Below, one piece after another: positions 46,032 through 58,207 of a stretch of DNA of 64,000 bases. Source of the stretch: Rebecca billardiae RCC1528 (Eukaryota; Protista; Haptophyta). Location of the stretch: the NCBI GenBank assembly GCA_965240325.2, contig OZ251228.1:2728001-2792000 (forward strand), read 5' to 3'. The stretch's first letter is position 1; each line of letters starts with the position of its first letter. The translations under genes were made by a program, and so were the position numbers. Below the pieces are notes generated by a model. The model was not told the DNA's origin. It did no database searches and saw only the letters and a program-made list of their open reading frames with translations.

Positions 46032-46836
46032 CACAGACACGGTGACAATGACAATGTGAGCGCGCACGATGCTGCTGAGGCCGCTGAGCGGCTGAGTCAG
46101 GCTGGCCGCACTTTCAGATGCTGTGAGTGTGACCTGACATGCTGCATGAGTAGTGACGAACTATACGTCTACTTTGGGAATTAATGCGCGGGGGGCCCGG
46201 CGGCAGGGATTGGCGGGGATCTCGGCACCACTCCACCAGGCCCCGCGCGGATCACGAACTGATGCGGCAGCATGCGCACCCTCCGTCCCTCGCCCCATTG
46301 GGAGAGGGGAGGTAGCAGGTAGTCCTGACGGTCTCAACCCGGTACAGGCTTGCCAGCTGAGTCCGCTTCGCGTGCCTAGTATGCCGGCTAGTGACGCTGT
46401 CTACCGTCGTAGTGAAAGTGATCCGGTCCCGGCGTCACTTTGAGCTACGCAGTCCGCTGTCGACTGGCAAGCAGGTCTGCAGGAGACTTAATTTTTAAAA
46501 ATCCGCGCTACCATCGGCGACGGCTTCATGGGCGGTGACGGTTGGCGGGCGTCGATCTCGCCTGCCTGAGCTGTGTCAAGGGCCGTGCGCAACGCTCCGT
46601 TATCCGAAGCTGATGAGCTCCGACTGAGTGACGCCCGTCGTCGGCCATAGTCTGGTTCCCTAGTTACTTCCCTTGGTCTGATGATGAGTCGGATCCCGGG
46701 TAGATCCCGTGCACTTGATTACTGTAGAGGCTTTTCGTCAGCAGGAGAAAAGCGCCGCGCTTCTTTCTTCTGCGCTTGCACCGCGAACGATTCTGGTCGG
46801 GCGCCCTCCGCCGACCGGGACGGCCTCGCTTTCCTG

Positions 46837-49800
46837 ATGTTGGGGCGCGCGCTCGCGGCGTCGCTCGCCCTGCTCGGGCTCGCGCCTTGGGCGGCGCGGT
46901 GTGCCGAGGTGAGCTTCTGCCTCGATGCATGCGGCAGCCGCTTCTTCGAGCGTGAAGCCGTCGGCGACGGCACGTGCGACGACGGCGAGGGCGGCAAGTG
47001 CACGTTTGGGACGGACTGCGCCGACTGCGGCGCGCGCACGTACGACACGGACGAGTTTTTGCCCTCGCTCGGCGTGGAGTACGAGATCGTGTCTCGGAAG
47101 GCCCTCGGCGAGAAGGAGGTGTGCGACGACACGTGCGACTTCCCCAAGGACGGCTTCTGCGACGACGGGCGGCCGGGCGTGCCGAACGCGTTTGCGGTCG
47201 CCGCGTGCGACTACGGCACGGACTGCTCGGACTGCGGCACGGGGACGGTGACGGAGTACCGCGAGGAGAAGCACACGGTGGCCTCGTGCGCGCCGACCAC
47301 GCCGCGCGCCAAGAAGAAGTGGGCCTTCCTCCTCTACCAGCAGGCGGACAACAACCTGGAGGGCTTTGCGCTCTCGGACGTGGGCGAGGAGATCACCAAG
47401 CTGGCGGACACGTCCGACGTGCACATCGTCGTGCTGATGGACCGCGCGAGCAAGAAGGTGCGCGGCTCGACGGACCGGCCGCTGCCCGTGTCCGTGCGCG
47501 ACTGCAAGGGCGGCACGCCCAAGACCACCTTCACGGAGAGCTGGCTGCTCGAGTGGGTGCCCGCGGCGGCCGCGGACGAGCGCGCGCCGGCCGTGGAGGG
47601 CCACTACAAGCTGCTGGCGGCGAAGGAGCTGGACATGGACGACATGCGCACGGTCTCGGGGTTCTTCACGTGGGCCCTCGAGATGTACCCCTCCGACCAC
47701 CTCCTCGTCGACATGTGGGACCACGGCGCCGGCCTCGCCGGGCACGGCGGCGACGGCTCGCACTCGCACGCGATGCTGGGCGTGGCCGACCTCTTCGTGG
47801 CGCTGCAGGCGGCGACGCGCGCGAGCGGGCGCGCGATCGACATCATCGGGTTCGACGCGTGCCTGATGTCGGAGTTCTCCGTGCTGACGATGCTGCGCCC
47901 CCTCGCGCGCTCCTTCCTCGTCTCCGAGGACCTCGAGCCCGGCCACGGCTGGCAGTACGCCGCGATCGACGTGCGCGCGGACGTGCCTGGGCTGGGCCGC
48001 TCGATCATCGACGGCTTCATGGCGCACTCGGACGAGAGCCCGCGCACGCTGGCGCACGTGGACGGCAGGCAGTTCGACGCGTTCTCCGACGCGTTCGGCG
48101 CGCTCATCGACTGCCTCACCGCCGCCGTCGAGTCGAACGACGCCGCGGTCGTGCACCTGCTCGCGACCGCGCGCGCGCAGTCGCGCGCGCTCGAGGGCGT
48201 GTACGAGGGGCCGGACGAGCACGACTGGTTCTTCGTCGACCTGGGCGACTGGCTGGACGAGCTGGTGATGGGCACGGACGACGACGTGTGCCGCGCGGTG
48301 CACCTCAAGGCCGCCGCCGCGCTCCGCGCGTACAGCCTCACCTTCCTCGCCGCGCGCGTCTCCGACCCGGTGCGGTACACAGGCATGAGCCTGTACTACC
48401 CCAAGGTGGCGCAGTACGGCGCCAACAAGGACGCGCGCGACTCGTTCCGGGGGCAGCTGCTGCGCATCGCGGACGAGGTGGACAGCCTGACGGGCGCGCG
48501 GAACGGCGCGACGCTGCGCAAGTGGACCGCCTTCCTCGCCGCGCTCTACGGCACCACGCACGCGCGCACCTCCTCCTACCTCTCGGCCGGCACCACGTCG
48601 ATCTGCGGCGCCGTCGACGTGCCGGCGGACGAGAAGTTCGAGGTGGGGCCCGGCATGGTGGCGGCGCTGAGCGGCGCGGTGGGCGGGCTGGTGTCGAAGC
48701 TCGAGCTGCGCGCGCCCGTGCCCAGCGCGGCGGTCGCGTGCTTCGGCGCGTACGGCGAGCTGCGCGCGCGCGAGCACGACGCGCAGCCCTTTGCGGGCGC
48801 GCTCGGCGGCTTTGTCGTGCCGGGCGCGCTCAGCGACGCGCGCTCGGCCGCGCAGGCCAAGCTCACGTGGCTCGGGCGGCTGTGGCACGTGGTGGGCGGC
48901 GGGCTGAGCGAGACGCCGCACATCTCGGAGGAGTCGGTGGTGGGCTCGAAGGTCGTGCTCAACCTGCCGTGCACCTACCGCGCGCGGCACAACGCGCGGC
49001 GGCAGAGCGCGCGCATGGTCGTCACGATCGAGCACGGCGCGGCCGGCCGCTCGCGCGGCGCGCACGCGCACGCGCCGCGCGCCTCGCGGCTGCGGCAGCA
49101 CATGCACGCCAACTTCTCGCTGTACGACGCGCAGAACGCGGCGATCGCGCCCGCGCTCGGCGCGCTCGTCCACTTCAAGCGCGCCCTCGCCGCCTCGCGC
49201 GACACCAGCTGGCCGATGCGCACCACCCTCGTCGACTCGGCGTCCGCGTTCGACTTTGCGCGCGTGCGCTCGTGGCACGTGGAGTATGACTCGGTCGGGC
49301 ACGCGGCGCCGTCGGCGCACGGCGCGCCGCGCGTGCTGCTGCTGCAGCTGGCGATCGCGGACGTGCTGAGCAAGCAGGCCGGCGCCGCGGTCGGCGTCAA
49401 CCTGCACACCGGCGCGTGGGCGCCGCTGGCCAACTGCACGAGCCTCGCGTGCGCGCCTGAGAAGCTGCTGGCAGCCGCGCCGCCCGCGCCGCCGCTCCCG
49501 CCCGCGCCGCCGCCCGCGCCGCCGCCGTCGCCGCCGGGCGAGCGGCACGAGCCGCCGCCGAGCCCGCCGAGCCCGCCGAGCCCCGCGCCCGCGCCCTCGG
49601 CCTGCGCGGCCGACGACCTCTTCGAGGTGCGCGTCGAGGTGGACGTGGGCTCCAACTTTGCGGACGAGACCTCGTGGATGCTCTTCCTGCTGGACGCGCG
49701 GCAGCAGCCCGCGTGGGCGACCGGGCTGTACAGGGGCGAGCCCGCGGTGAGCATCGGGCTGGGCGGCTCGTTCCGACCCGCGCTCAACTTCGAGGCGCCG

Positions 49801-50169
49801 CTCTCGCACATGTTCTGCCTCTCGCGCGGCAACTACCTCTTCGTCATCCGCGACTCGTTCCAGGACGGGTGCGCGCGCAGGCCAGCGCGCGCACAGAGCA
49901 GCCAGCCGGCGCGGCGCGCCGAGTGGGGCCGCGCGTGCGCGCGCGCGCGCACGCGCGGGTTGCCGGGCCGGTGCGCGCGGCGCGCTCTGAGCCGCGGCGC
50001 CGCCGCCCGCCGCGCCCACGCCCCGGCCCCTTCGCGCGCGCGCAGCCTCGACCCGCCGGGCAAGTACGAGCTGTGGGTGCAAGGCATGCTGATCGCGAGC
50101 GGCGACCGGTTTGGCGCGCGCGCAGAGCACCGCTTCCACCTGGGCGAGCGGGGGTACCTGCACCCGCCC

Positions 50170-50223
<54 letters not shown>

Positions 50224-50787
50224 AGCCCGCCCGCCGTGGCCGCGCCGCCGCGCGTCGTCGACTACGTCGGCCACTGCCCCGGCCCGCGCACGCAGCTCAC
50301 CGTGCAGTTTGTGTACGACCCCTGGCCCGACGAGACGGCGTGGTCGCTGCTCGGGCCGGGCGGGCTCGAGCTGGCGGAGCGGTACGGCGGCTCGGGCAGC
50401 CACGTGTCGGTGTGCGTGGCGGACACGGTGGGCGACCATTACGTCTTCATCGTCGTGGACGGGCTCGGCGACGGCCTCGATGCGCCCGCGGGGTACAAGG
50501 TGCGCCGCGCGCGCGCGCCGCCCCGCCCCGCCGGGCGGAGAGAGGCGGGCGGGCGGGTGGGTGCGCCCCTGGCCCCGCCGCCCTCTCCCTGTGTGGCCTC
50601 ACGCCCCGCGCCCCTCGCGCCGCCCCCGCGCCTGCCGCCGCTGCCGCAGGTGTTCGCGGACGGGCTGCTGGTCGTGGAGGGAGGCGCCGGCCGCTTCGAG
50701 CAGCGGATCCACTACTTCACCACAGAGGGCGCGGTGCCGGTGCAGCCGCCGCCGCCGGCCCCGCCGAGCGGGCTGAGCGCGCCGCCG

Positions 50788-50831
<44 letters not shown>

Positions 50832-51612
50832 CGTGACGGTCGCGCCGCCGCCGCCGCCCGCCAGCCTCGGCTGCGCACCCCCGCACGCCGAGTTCGTCCT
50901 CAGGCTGCTGACCGACCAGTACCCCGAGGAGCTGAGCTGGGCGCTGCGCAGGCGCGACCACCACGCCACGCACGCGCCCGTGCTCGAGGGCGACGCCATC
51001 GACTGGGCGAGCGGGCTGTTTGCGCAGAGCGCGACGGTGGTGCAGCGCGCGTGCCTCGGACCCGGCCCGTACGCGTTCGAGCTGCGCGACGCGTTCGCGG
51101 ACGGGCTCCAGGACGGCGTGGGCGCGGGGTACACGCTCACCATCGGCAGCGCGAGCGCCACGGACACGCGCTCGAGCGGCGGCGCGGGCTTTGCGGAGGC
51201 CGAGCTCACGACGTTCAGCGTCGGCGCGGACGGCAGCGTGCGCGATGTGCGCACGGCCGCCGACCCGCCCGACGCGTCGCGCGGCGCGCGCTCGCAGTTT
51301 GGAGGCCACGCCATCGAGGCGCTGAGCCAGCGGCGCGCGCACGGCCACGCGCACCGCGCGGCCGCGCGGCTCAGGCGCGCGGTGCGCGCCAACACCTCGG
51401 CGCGGCCGGAGGCGCGCGCCGCGCCCGTGGCCCGGCAGCTGCGGCTGCTCGGCGGCGCGGCGTGCACCCTCGTGGCCGCGGCGGCCGCGGTGCTGCTCGG
51501 CGCGCGACGGCGTCGGGCGGCGATGGACCTCGCTGAGCGGCCCGCGCCCGCCGGGGCCTCGCCGGGCGAGTGCCATGCCGCCACTGTGCGCACACAACAC
51601 GCGCTCCTCTGA
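46837..51612 (+). CDS. Type-I membrane/secreted clostripain-like (peptidase C11) protein with Cys-rich N-terminal repeats, Pro-rich linkers and three repeated domains (likely introns 49869-50045, 50500-50649)
   Basis: Signal peptide MLGRALAASLALLGLAPWAA. WAFLLYQQADNNLE, WDHGAG (His), IIGFDACLMS (Cys), SEDLEPGHGWQY. Repeated D.(W/Y)P.E.(S/A)W.L...C...Y.F...D...DG domains. C-terminal hydrophobic helix followed by RRRR. Confidence 0.88.
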
Positions 51613-51676
51613 CCGGGCGCGCTCCGCCGCGTGCGCGCTGCTGCTGATCGATGCTCGTCTCGTCTCGCCGCCATAA

Positions 51677-54600
51677 TGGCCCGCGGTGCAGCGCGGAGCG
51701 CGCAGCGTGGAGCCCGCACCAGCGGGCCCGAACCACGTTTCAAAAAGATCTTTGATCAAGAAAAAAGGGACGGGGGGCGATTTTTTAGGGCTGGAGGAGA
51801 CCGAGTTTCGATTTTGAGACGACTCCCTTACAGGTGCATTAGCGTCGAAAAAGGACGCGGCCGCCATCTTGAATAGTGAACAGAGGAATCAACGAAACCC
51901 ACGCCCAAGTGTGCCAGGCTGGGTAAATTTTGTGGGTAGACTCTCGTTCATGTGTGATAGTTTGCCTCCGCCTTGATGAATATGAACTTGGCTTCGCGGC
52001 GGTTGGTATTAGCCTGGTCCATCCCGATTTTCGCCACTGAAAAAGCCTTTTTCGGATTTTGGGCGCCTCATTTCTCCCGGTTGTTTCTCGTCGCTCGTCG
52101 CGCTCGTCAAAAATCGCCACCGGCCGTCCGACGGCTCGCCGCGACGAAGGTCGGAAGGGGCTCGAGAGCCTCGACTGGACGACTGCGCCGCCTCATGTCA
52201 GGTGTAGTGCTGGACACATCGTTCGGGTGCCCCGGCGGTGTGCGTGCACACCTTGAGCGACATGTCTGCGTTGCTTCCGCCGCCCGCGGTCCGTCGCCAG
52301 GTCGACTTCTCGCCCGACGGCGCGCGTCGAACGCTCAGCTGCTGGGTTGCGCTGCGCCTTCGAGAAGGGGCACCTCCGGGAATATGCGCGGCACGCGACG
52401 GCTCGCATGGGGCACCGCCTACCCCTAGCATGTACTCGATGCCACCACCAGCGTTGGGCGCGCTGCGCATCGCCAACGCTTCATCCGGCCAGTCCCGTCA
52501 CGTTTGCGCATGGGTCGCCCAAGGCGGCGGCAGTCGATTTGTGCTTCTCGTGGAGCTGTATGCCGGGCTGGGGGCGATCAGGACGGCTCGCCTTGCGGGG
52601 CTGGGTATGTACAGTTACATTGTAGTGGCTGCCGGCTGACTCCCATCCCCTGGGTGCTGCTTTATCGTCGTGGCCTTTGCTGCGAGCACAAGGTCGAGGA
52701 TCGTACCGCGGTCTGCGAGGCAGAGTCGACGGAGTCGTCGCTTGAAGATGGTTGAGAGCGCTCATACGTCTTCCTTGGTGTCGTGCGGCTACTCCAGCAC
52801 GCAAGGCTCGCGCTTTGGCACGTGTTTGGTGTCCATGGGTGGCACATTGTGCCATTCGGGTGGCTCGGAAGCACGTGCTCGGGTGTCTTCCCCGTTTACG
52901 TGCGGTGGGTCAAGTCACCACGCACGGCCAGAGCATGTCATGGCACGCGGAGGGTGCCCATGAACGATCCCCACCCCGGTGGTGGCCGTAGGCGCACTCG
53001 AAGCGGTCGCATCGTCACCCGCGGATCACATCAGTCCGCCGTTGAGGCTGTCGGGCGAGCAAGGACGTGCGATCTGACCCTTGGACGAGCAGCTAGAACC
53101 GCGATTATGCCTCGTCTAAGGACGCACATGTCGTCGTTGTAGGCAGTACGGGTGCCCCAAGTGAAAGGGCGGGCGTGGCACGCGACTTGACTACAGCTTG
53201 AATGACTCGATGCACGCCGCCATGGACACGCGATCCGGATCCATTGCGAACCTGCCGTGTGGCTCACGGCGGCGCGCGTTGTGCCGCAGATCGGCCAGTC
53301 GCCACGCAGGAGATGGTCTCCAGACCAGGTCCAGCACCTGACCGACTGCCGCACGCCTGGCCGGGTGGGAGTCCGGCCCTCTTCTTGTCTGCAGGAGTGC
53401 GCGGAAGGCCAGGCGGAGCCTCGTCCGACCACTGCACCCCGAGCGCCGCACTAATCGTGCAGCCTGGGACAGCTACCCACCTATGGCGAATATGTAACGA
53501 CATAGTGGTATTTAATTATACAGACTCAGAACGCATATTTATGCGGGTACATTGCCCATAATATGCGGGTACAAATGGGTAATATAGTCGATCTTGCAGT
53601 AGTTGAGTACGACCACTTGCGCACAGACCAGAGCCCATCCTAATGGCCTGTACCAAGGTTCATGCTCGCCTCGACGTACGCCAATAAGTAAGTTCGTGCG
53701 TTTGGGCTCATTTCGGCTAAGTACTTACCCACATTCAGACTGACGATTCTCTATGTGTCCGTAGTTGTCCGCGGCGCGCGCGCGCACGCTCACGACGGGC
53801 CGCGGATGCGATTTTTAGGCCGAAACTTTTGCTCCGCCCGGGCTGGGCCCATTTGCTACGCTGTTTCCGGGTGTGAGCGCGCGCCTAGGGGCCCGCATTC
53901 ATTTGGCGATAAAATCCCCGAAAGTGCTCCAGTGCGTTTGGACCAGGCTATTGGTATAATGGTATCTAGAGTCTAAAACCCGCAAGCCTTATTGAAAATA
54001 CCCGCGCAGCTATTCGTTGCCAGCCCATTCCATAGTCACTGACTTACCGAGCTGGCGAGCTCAAAATCTGCCGCCGTCGCAAGCACGTGCGCAGGTTCCT
54101 TCGGGGGTGGCGAGCGAGCCGCGACGACTCTTGGTCCAAGCCTCCAAGGGGGCGCTCGATGGGCAGGTGCGCGTGGCGAGTGCCGAGTGGCGCCTGGAGC
54201 GCGCGTCTGCGGCGGGTCCCGACGGCCGTCGACATCGCGTTCGTGCCCGCTCACTAGTCACTCCGCACGCCCCTGCCGCGCCCTGTCGATGCCTGCGCGG
54301 CCGGCCGCGCGGCCGCGCCGCCGCCGCCGCAGCCGCCGCCCTGTGTTCGGGCTCTCGCAAGCTCGGGGGCAGCGGCGCATGATGCCGGACTGATCGATCT
54401 CTGAGTCTCCGACTTCACCACACGCCCCCCTTGCCATGCCTCTCCGCCAGGGTCTCCCAGAACTCTTCTTCAGAGCAGGCGCAAGTCGAACTGGCCGTGG
54501 CCCCGGCGCCGTCGGCTCCCCGTGGCTGTCAGCTCCGCGTGGCCTGGGCGCCTGGCGTGCCCAGAGCTGGCCGTGCCTCTGCGACGCGTGCCGAGCCTGA

Positions 54601-55206
54601 CCGAGGTGTGTCACCCCGTGCACGCGCGGCGCGCGCAAGCACCGGTGCTGCATGGCTGCTCGCACCGTGCTCCCTGGCTCGGTCAGTCAGCTCAGGCCGC
54701 GTGTCGCCTGGTGTGCACGTAGAGTCGCGCTCATGCGTCGCTCACGCCTCGCGCCCGCCTGTCGGCCGTCGCGCAGGCGCGCAGGTCGAACCCTACTGAC
54801 CTGCAGATCATCTACTCCTGCGCTGCTGGCGTCGCGGCGACGACGGTCAGCGGCAGGCCCGAACGAACGGTCGAATGCGCGGTCCCACGGTGCAAGAGTC
54901 GCGCTCGTGCGTCGATCACGCCGAGTCGCATCCGCCTGTCGGCCGTCGCGCACGCGCAGGGGGTCAGGTAAGGGCCGTCTGTGATGAGGGCAGCTCGGCC
55001 GACGACCGACATCCACACTCGGCGCACGCCAGCCGCCGACGCGCCCGCGCCCGGCCGGCCGGCCGGGCCGGCGGCGGCGCGGCGCTGGGCGGCGCGCCGC
55101 TGGATGGAGTCTAGTTACGTACGGGACGACTGCGACGGAGGGTGCACCGCCACCGCGGGCCCCGAACTACGTTCGTTCTACGGAAAAGGACCGCGGAACG
55201 CGGTCA
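51677..55206 (+). mobile_element. Non-autonomous Helitron2/Helentron-like element, copy 3 (alpha), containing a nested 1.94-kb insertion
   Basis: Same termini; largely colinear with copy 1 after removing 52010-53965. Confidence 0.7.
52010..53950. mobile_element. 1941-bp TIR element, 12-bp TIR TAGCCTGGTCCA, 7-bp TSD TTGGTAT
   Basis: TSD at 52003-52009 and 53951-53957. Empty site GGTTGGTATCTAG in copy 1 near 1229. Confidence 0.88.
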
Positions 55207-55563
55207 TATACTGTATACTCTGTAGATATGAGTCAATGGCGATCGTCATCGCCGGCGCGCGGGCCAGCGCGCCTTAGCATGATGTATATATATATCATCA
55301 TAGCAGGTTGTATAGCTAGTCTCAGCGCGCTTATATATTATTATACCGCCAGTATCTCTTAATATATTATATATATACTGACAGTCTGATTAATCGGATC
55401 GCGCGCCGTCTACTTCAGCGCAGATCGACGCGCAGTCCGAGCAGCCGCGCCCGAACCGATGATCAGCAAGGCACGATGACTTATTGCCACGACGCGGCCG
55501 CGGCCGCGGCCGCGGTCGGCCGCCGGCGAGCAACGTGAACGTGCCAGTATTCAGTATTGAGTA

Positions 55564-57161
55564 TGACCGCGTTCCGCGGTCCTTTTCTGCATAGAATCAA
55601 CGCAGTTGGGGGCCCGCGGTGGGCGAGTGCTATCGCGTCACTCTCCGCCGTGTCGCAGTTCGCCAGTTGAAGTACGGTTCTGAGTCCGCGACCGTCGTCG
55701 CCTGCCTGCGACTTCGAGACTTACTCACTCGACGAACACTTCACAGCACGGCGCGAGACTCTAATCACAGCAGCGGACCTGAGACCGCACCGGTCAAATC
55801 GGACGTCCGTCTGACAACTAGCTGCCAAATGTCCAACTGGCTGATCAGCTCGGATCCGGGCGACCCGTCCGCGATCGTGCCGAGTGAGTCGTGCCGCAGA
55901 GCTCGGACTAGTCGGAGTACTGTCAGTACTGAAGGAGTCGGGTGTGACAGCAGGGTGCTTTAGCGCTGCGGCCCGTACCAGCCAACAACCAGACGTACTC
56001 TGGCCACTTGACCCGTTGCACGGGTGAGGGACCGCACGCCCTCAGCGGGCCAGTGACTGGCAGTCGGAAAATGCGACGTTGTCGTTGATTGCAACTAGAG
56101 CTGGGCGATGGCGGCAGGGCGCGACGAGCCGAGCGGATTGGTGCACGGGAGATCCAATTCGGCCATTCCCCGTGCACCGATCCAATCCGCTCGTCGTCAG
56201 GTGGCGCCGTTGCTGAGATCGAGCTGCACGAGGTGGCAGGCGAAAACGCACCGACGAGACCGCGTTTGACACACCTGAGCCGCACGCGCGTGCTGGCGCC
56301 GAGCGCGTGAGCACTGCCGAAACGCAACTACCGCGCGCGCCACGACGGCGCGGCACTAGCTGATGCAGGCCGTACTGCCGGCACTGCTTCTGCGATCATG
56401 CGCCACGGTCGCAGCTGACTGCGTGAGCAGCAAGCGGGAGGCGGGTCCCGAGGCACGTGCAGGCGCGCTCGCAGCCAAGGCCGGTTGGTCGGCCACCCGC
56501 CATCGTGCGGGCCACGTCACCTCCGAGTCCGATCCTACAGTAACCCTAACCCAGTCCGGACGTCACGCGATCCGGGAAGACGAATACGATTCGCTCGTAA
56601 CGAACCGTTACACTAAAGTCACGGCCAGGCTCACGTCCCGTCCACCGATTACATATAACGACGTGGCAGCATCGGACAAGCGTCAGGCTCAGAGTGCAAC
56701 AGACACATAGAATGCGTCCGCGCCCGTTCCGTCCAGGTCAGACAGTGCGCCACCCGCAGCCCTGCCCCCCTACGGGAGCGGGGCCGGGATGGAGCACCGC
56801 CTCGGCCTGGGGCACGCGGCGGCGACGGCAGATGCCGCCGCGGCCGAGCGCCTTCCGGAGCACTTGGATGAGGGTGAGGTCGTAGTCGATGTCGCCGCCC
56901 GCCGACCTAGCGGCGAGCAGCTCCGGCAAGCTGCAGCCGCGGCTGTCGATTACATAAGCAGAATTGGCGGACGCGCTCTTTTTCGACCGCAATAGACCTC
57001 TCTATGCGATCTCAAAAACTCGAAACTCGGTCTCCTCCGGCCGACTGAAAATCGTCCCCCGTCCCTTTTTTCTTGATCAAAGATCTTTTTGAAACGTGGT
57101 TAGTGCCCGCAGTGCGGGCTCCACGCTGCGCGCTCCGCCCTGCACGGTGCACCGCGGGCCA
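55564..57161 (-). mobile_element. Non-autonomous Helitron2/Helentron-like element, copy 4 (beta)
   Basis: Reverse-complement termini; interior homologous to copy 2. Confidence 0.7.
56656..56946 (-). mobile_element. 5'-truncated retroelement-like 3' fragment with a 10-bp TSD
   Basis: CGATTACATA at 56646-56655 and 56947-56956. The same 3' end (CCACGTCGTTA) occurs at 8363-8427 and 60357-60627. Confidence 0.7.
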
Positions 57162-57212
57162 TAACAATAAGCTGCTTCGCGACAGTCATAACTAGTCTGC
57201 TGCTCTGTCAGT

Positions 57213-57326
57213 CTCTCTGTCTCTCCGTCTCTCTCTCTGGCTCTCTCTCTCTCTCTCTCTCTCTCTCTGCTCTCGTCTCTCCCTCTCTCTCTCTCTCTCT
57301 CTCTACTGCTAGGCCTCTCTCTCTCG

Positions 57327-57371
<45 letters not shown>
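57213..57371. repeat. Interrupted (CT)n microsatellite
   Basis: Direct reading. Confidence 0.95.
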
Positions 57372-57374
<3 letters not shown>

Positions 57375-57471
57375 GCTAGGAGGCAGCTGTCTAGTGGCTG
57401 GTACTCGGCCAGCAGCAGCACACTCGGCACGCATCGGGATCGTCATATACTGTATCCGATGACGATTGGTC

Positions 57472-58134
57472 GGACCACAGCTCGCCCTTCGGGTGCGTCA
57501 GCCCGATGATCTTGACGAGCGCGTCGTCCTCGAGCTCGATGATGAAGACCTGCACCGACGGCCCGCATGGGACGCGCGATGAGCGCACGGTATGATATGA
57601 CGTGAACGCTTTGACCACTGGCTAGGTACCGCCACAATGCGCAGCGCAGCAGGGCCGTGGGCACGGGCAAGCGTGCACAGCTGCGCACGTTCGACGTTGG
57701 GTTGTTCTCTGGCGTGGGCTGGATGAGCATGCCTCGCGCGCCGTCCGGGCCGTCGAGGAAGAGCGCGCGGAGCTCGCTCTCCGTCAGCGGGTCGTTGAAC
57801 TGGATCGCCTTCGTGGTGCCCCCGGAGGAGACGCGCCGGACTTCTTCGCAGCGGCAGCCGGCCCTGCGGGAGTTGCAGCCTCGGGGCCCGCCTTCTGCAC
57901 TTTCGAGGTGGCGGCTGCCGGCAGTGCATGGATGCGCTCGCGGCACGAGCTCAGCATGGCGAGCGTGACCGACTCATCGTTGGCTGGCAGCTGATCCAGG
58001 TCGAGCACTGAGCCGTCGCCGAGGGTGAGAGCCGATGAAAAGATGTCGTCAGCCTTGCGCTTGATGAGCCCGGCCACGGTGTTCCGCGCTCCGAGGCCGG
58101 GCGGCGACGCGAATGGAGCGTCGAGCGTCATCAT
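57472..58134 (-). pseudogene. Degraded copy of the 10199-11084 partner gene, divergent from array F
   Basis: MMTLDAPFASPPGLG...; frameshifting deletion of about 90 bp; same intron; truncated after GELWS. Confidence 0.8.
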
Positions 58135-58207
58135 CTGCTCATCTCCACACGAGCGCGATCGCGCGAGCACTGTGTCTTTTGGATGACAACGAGGAGGTGA
58201 AAGACCG

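Larger units (their letters stand above)
43174..46826 (+). repeat. Segmental duplicate 2 carrying array E; ends in the 5' leader of the C11 protease gene
   Basis: Near-identical to 32676-41028 after removing the insertions. Confidence 0.9.
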
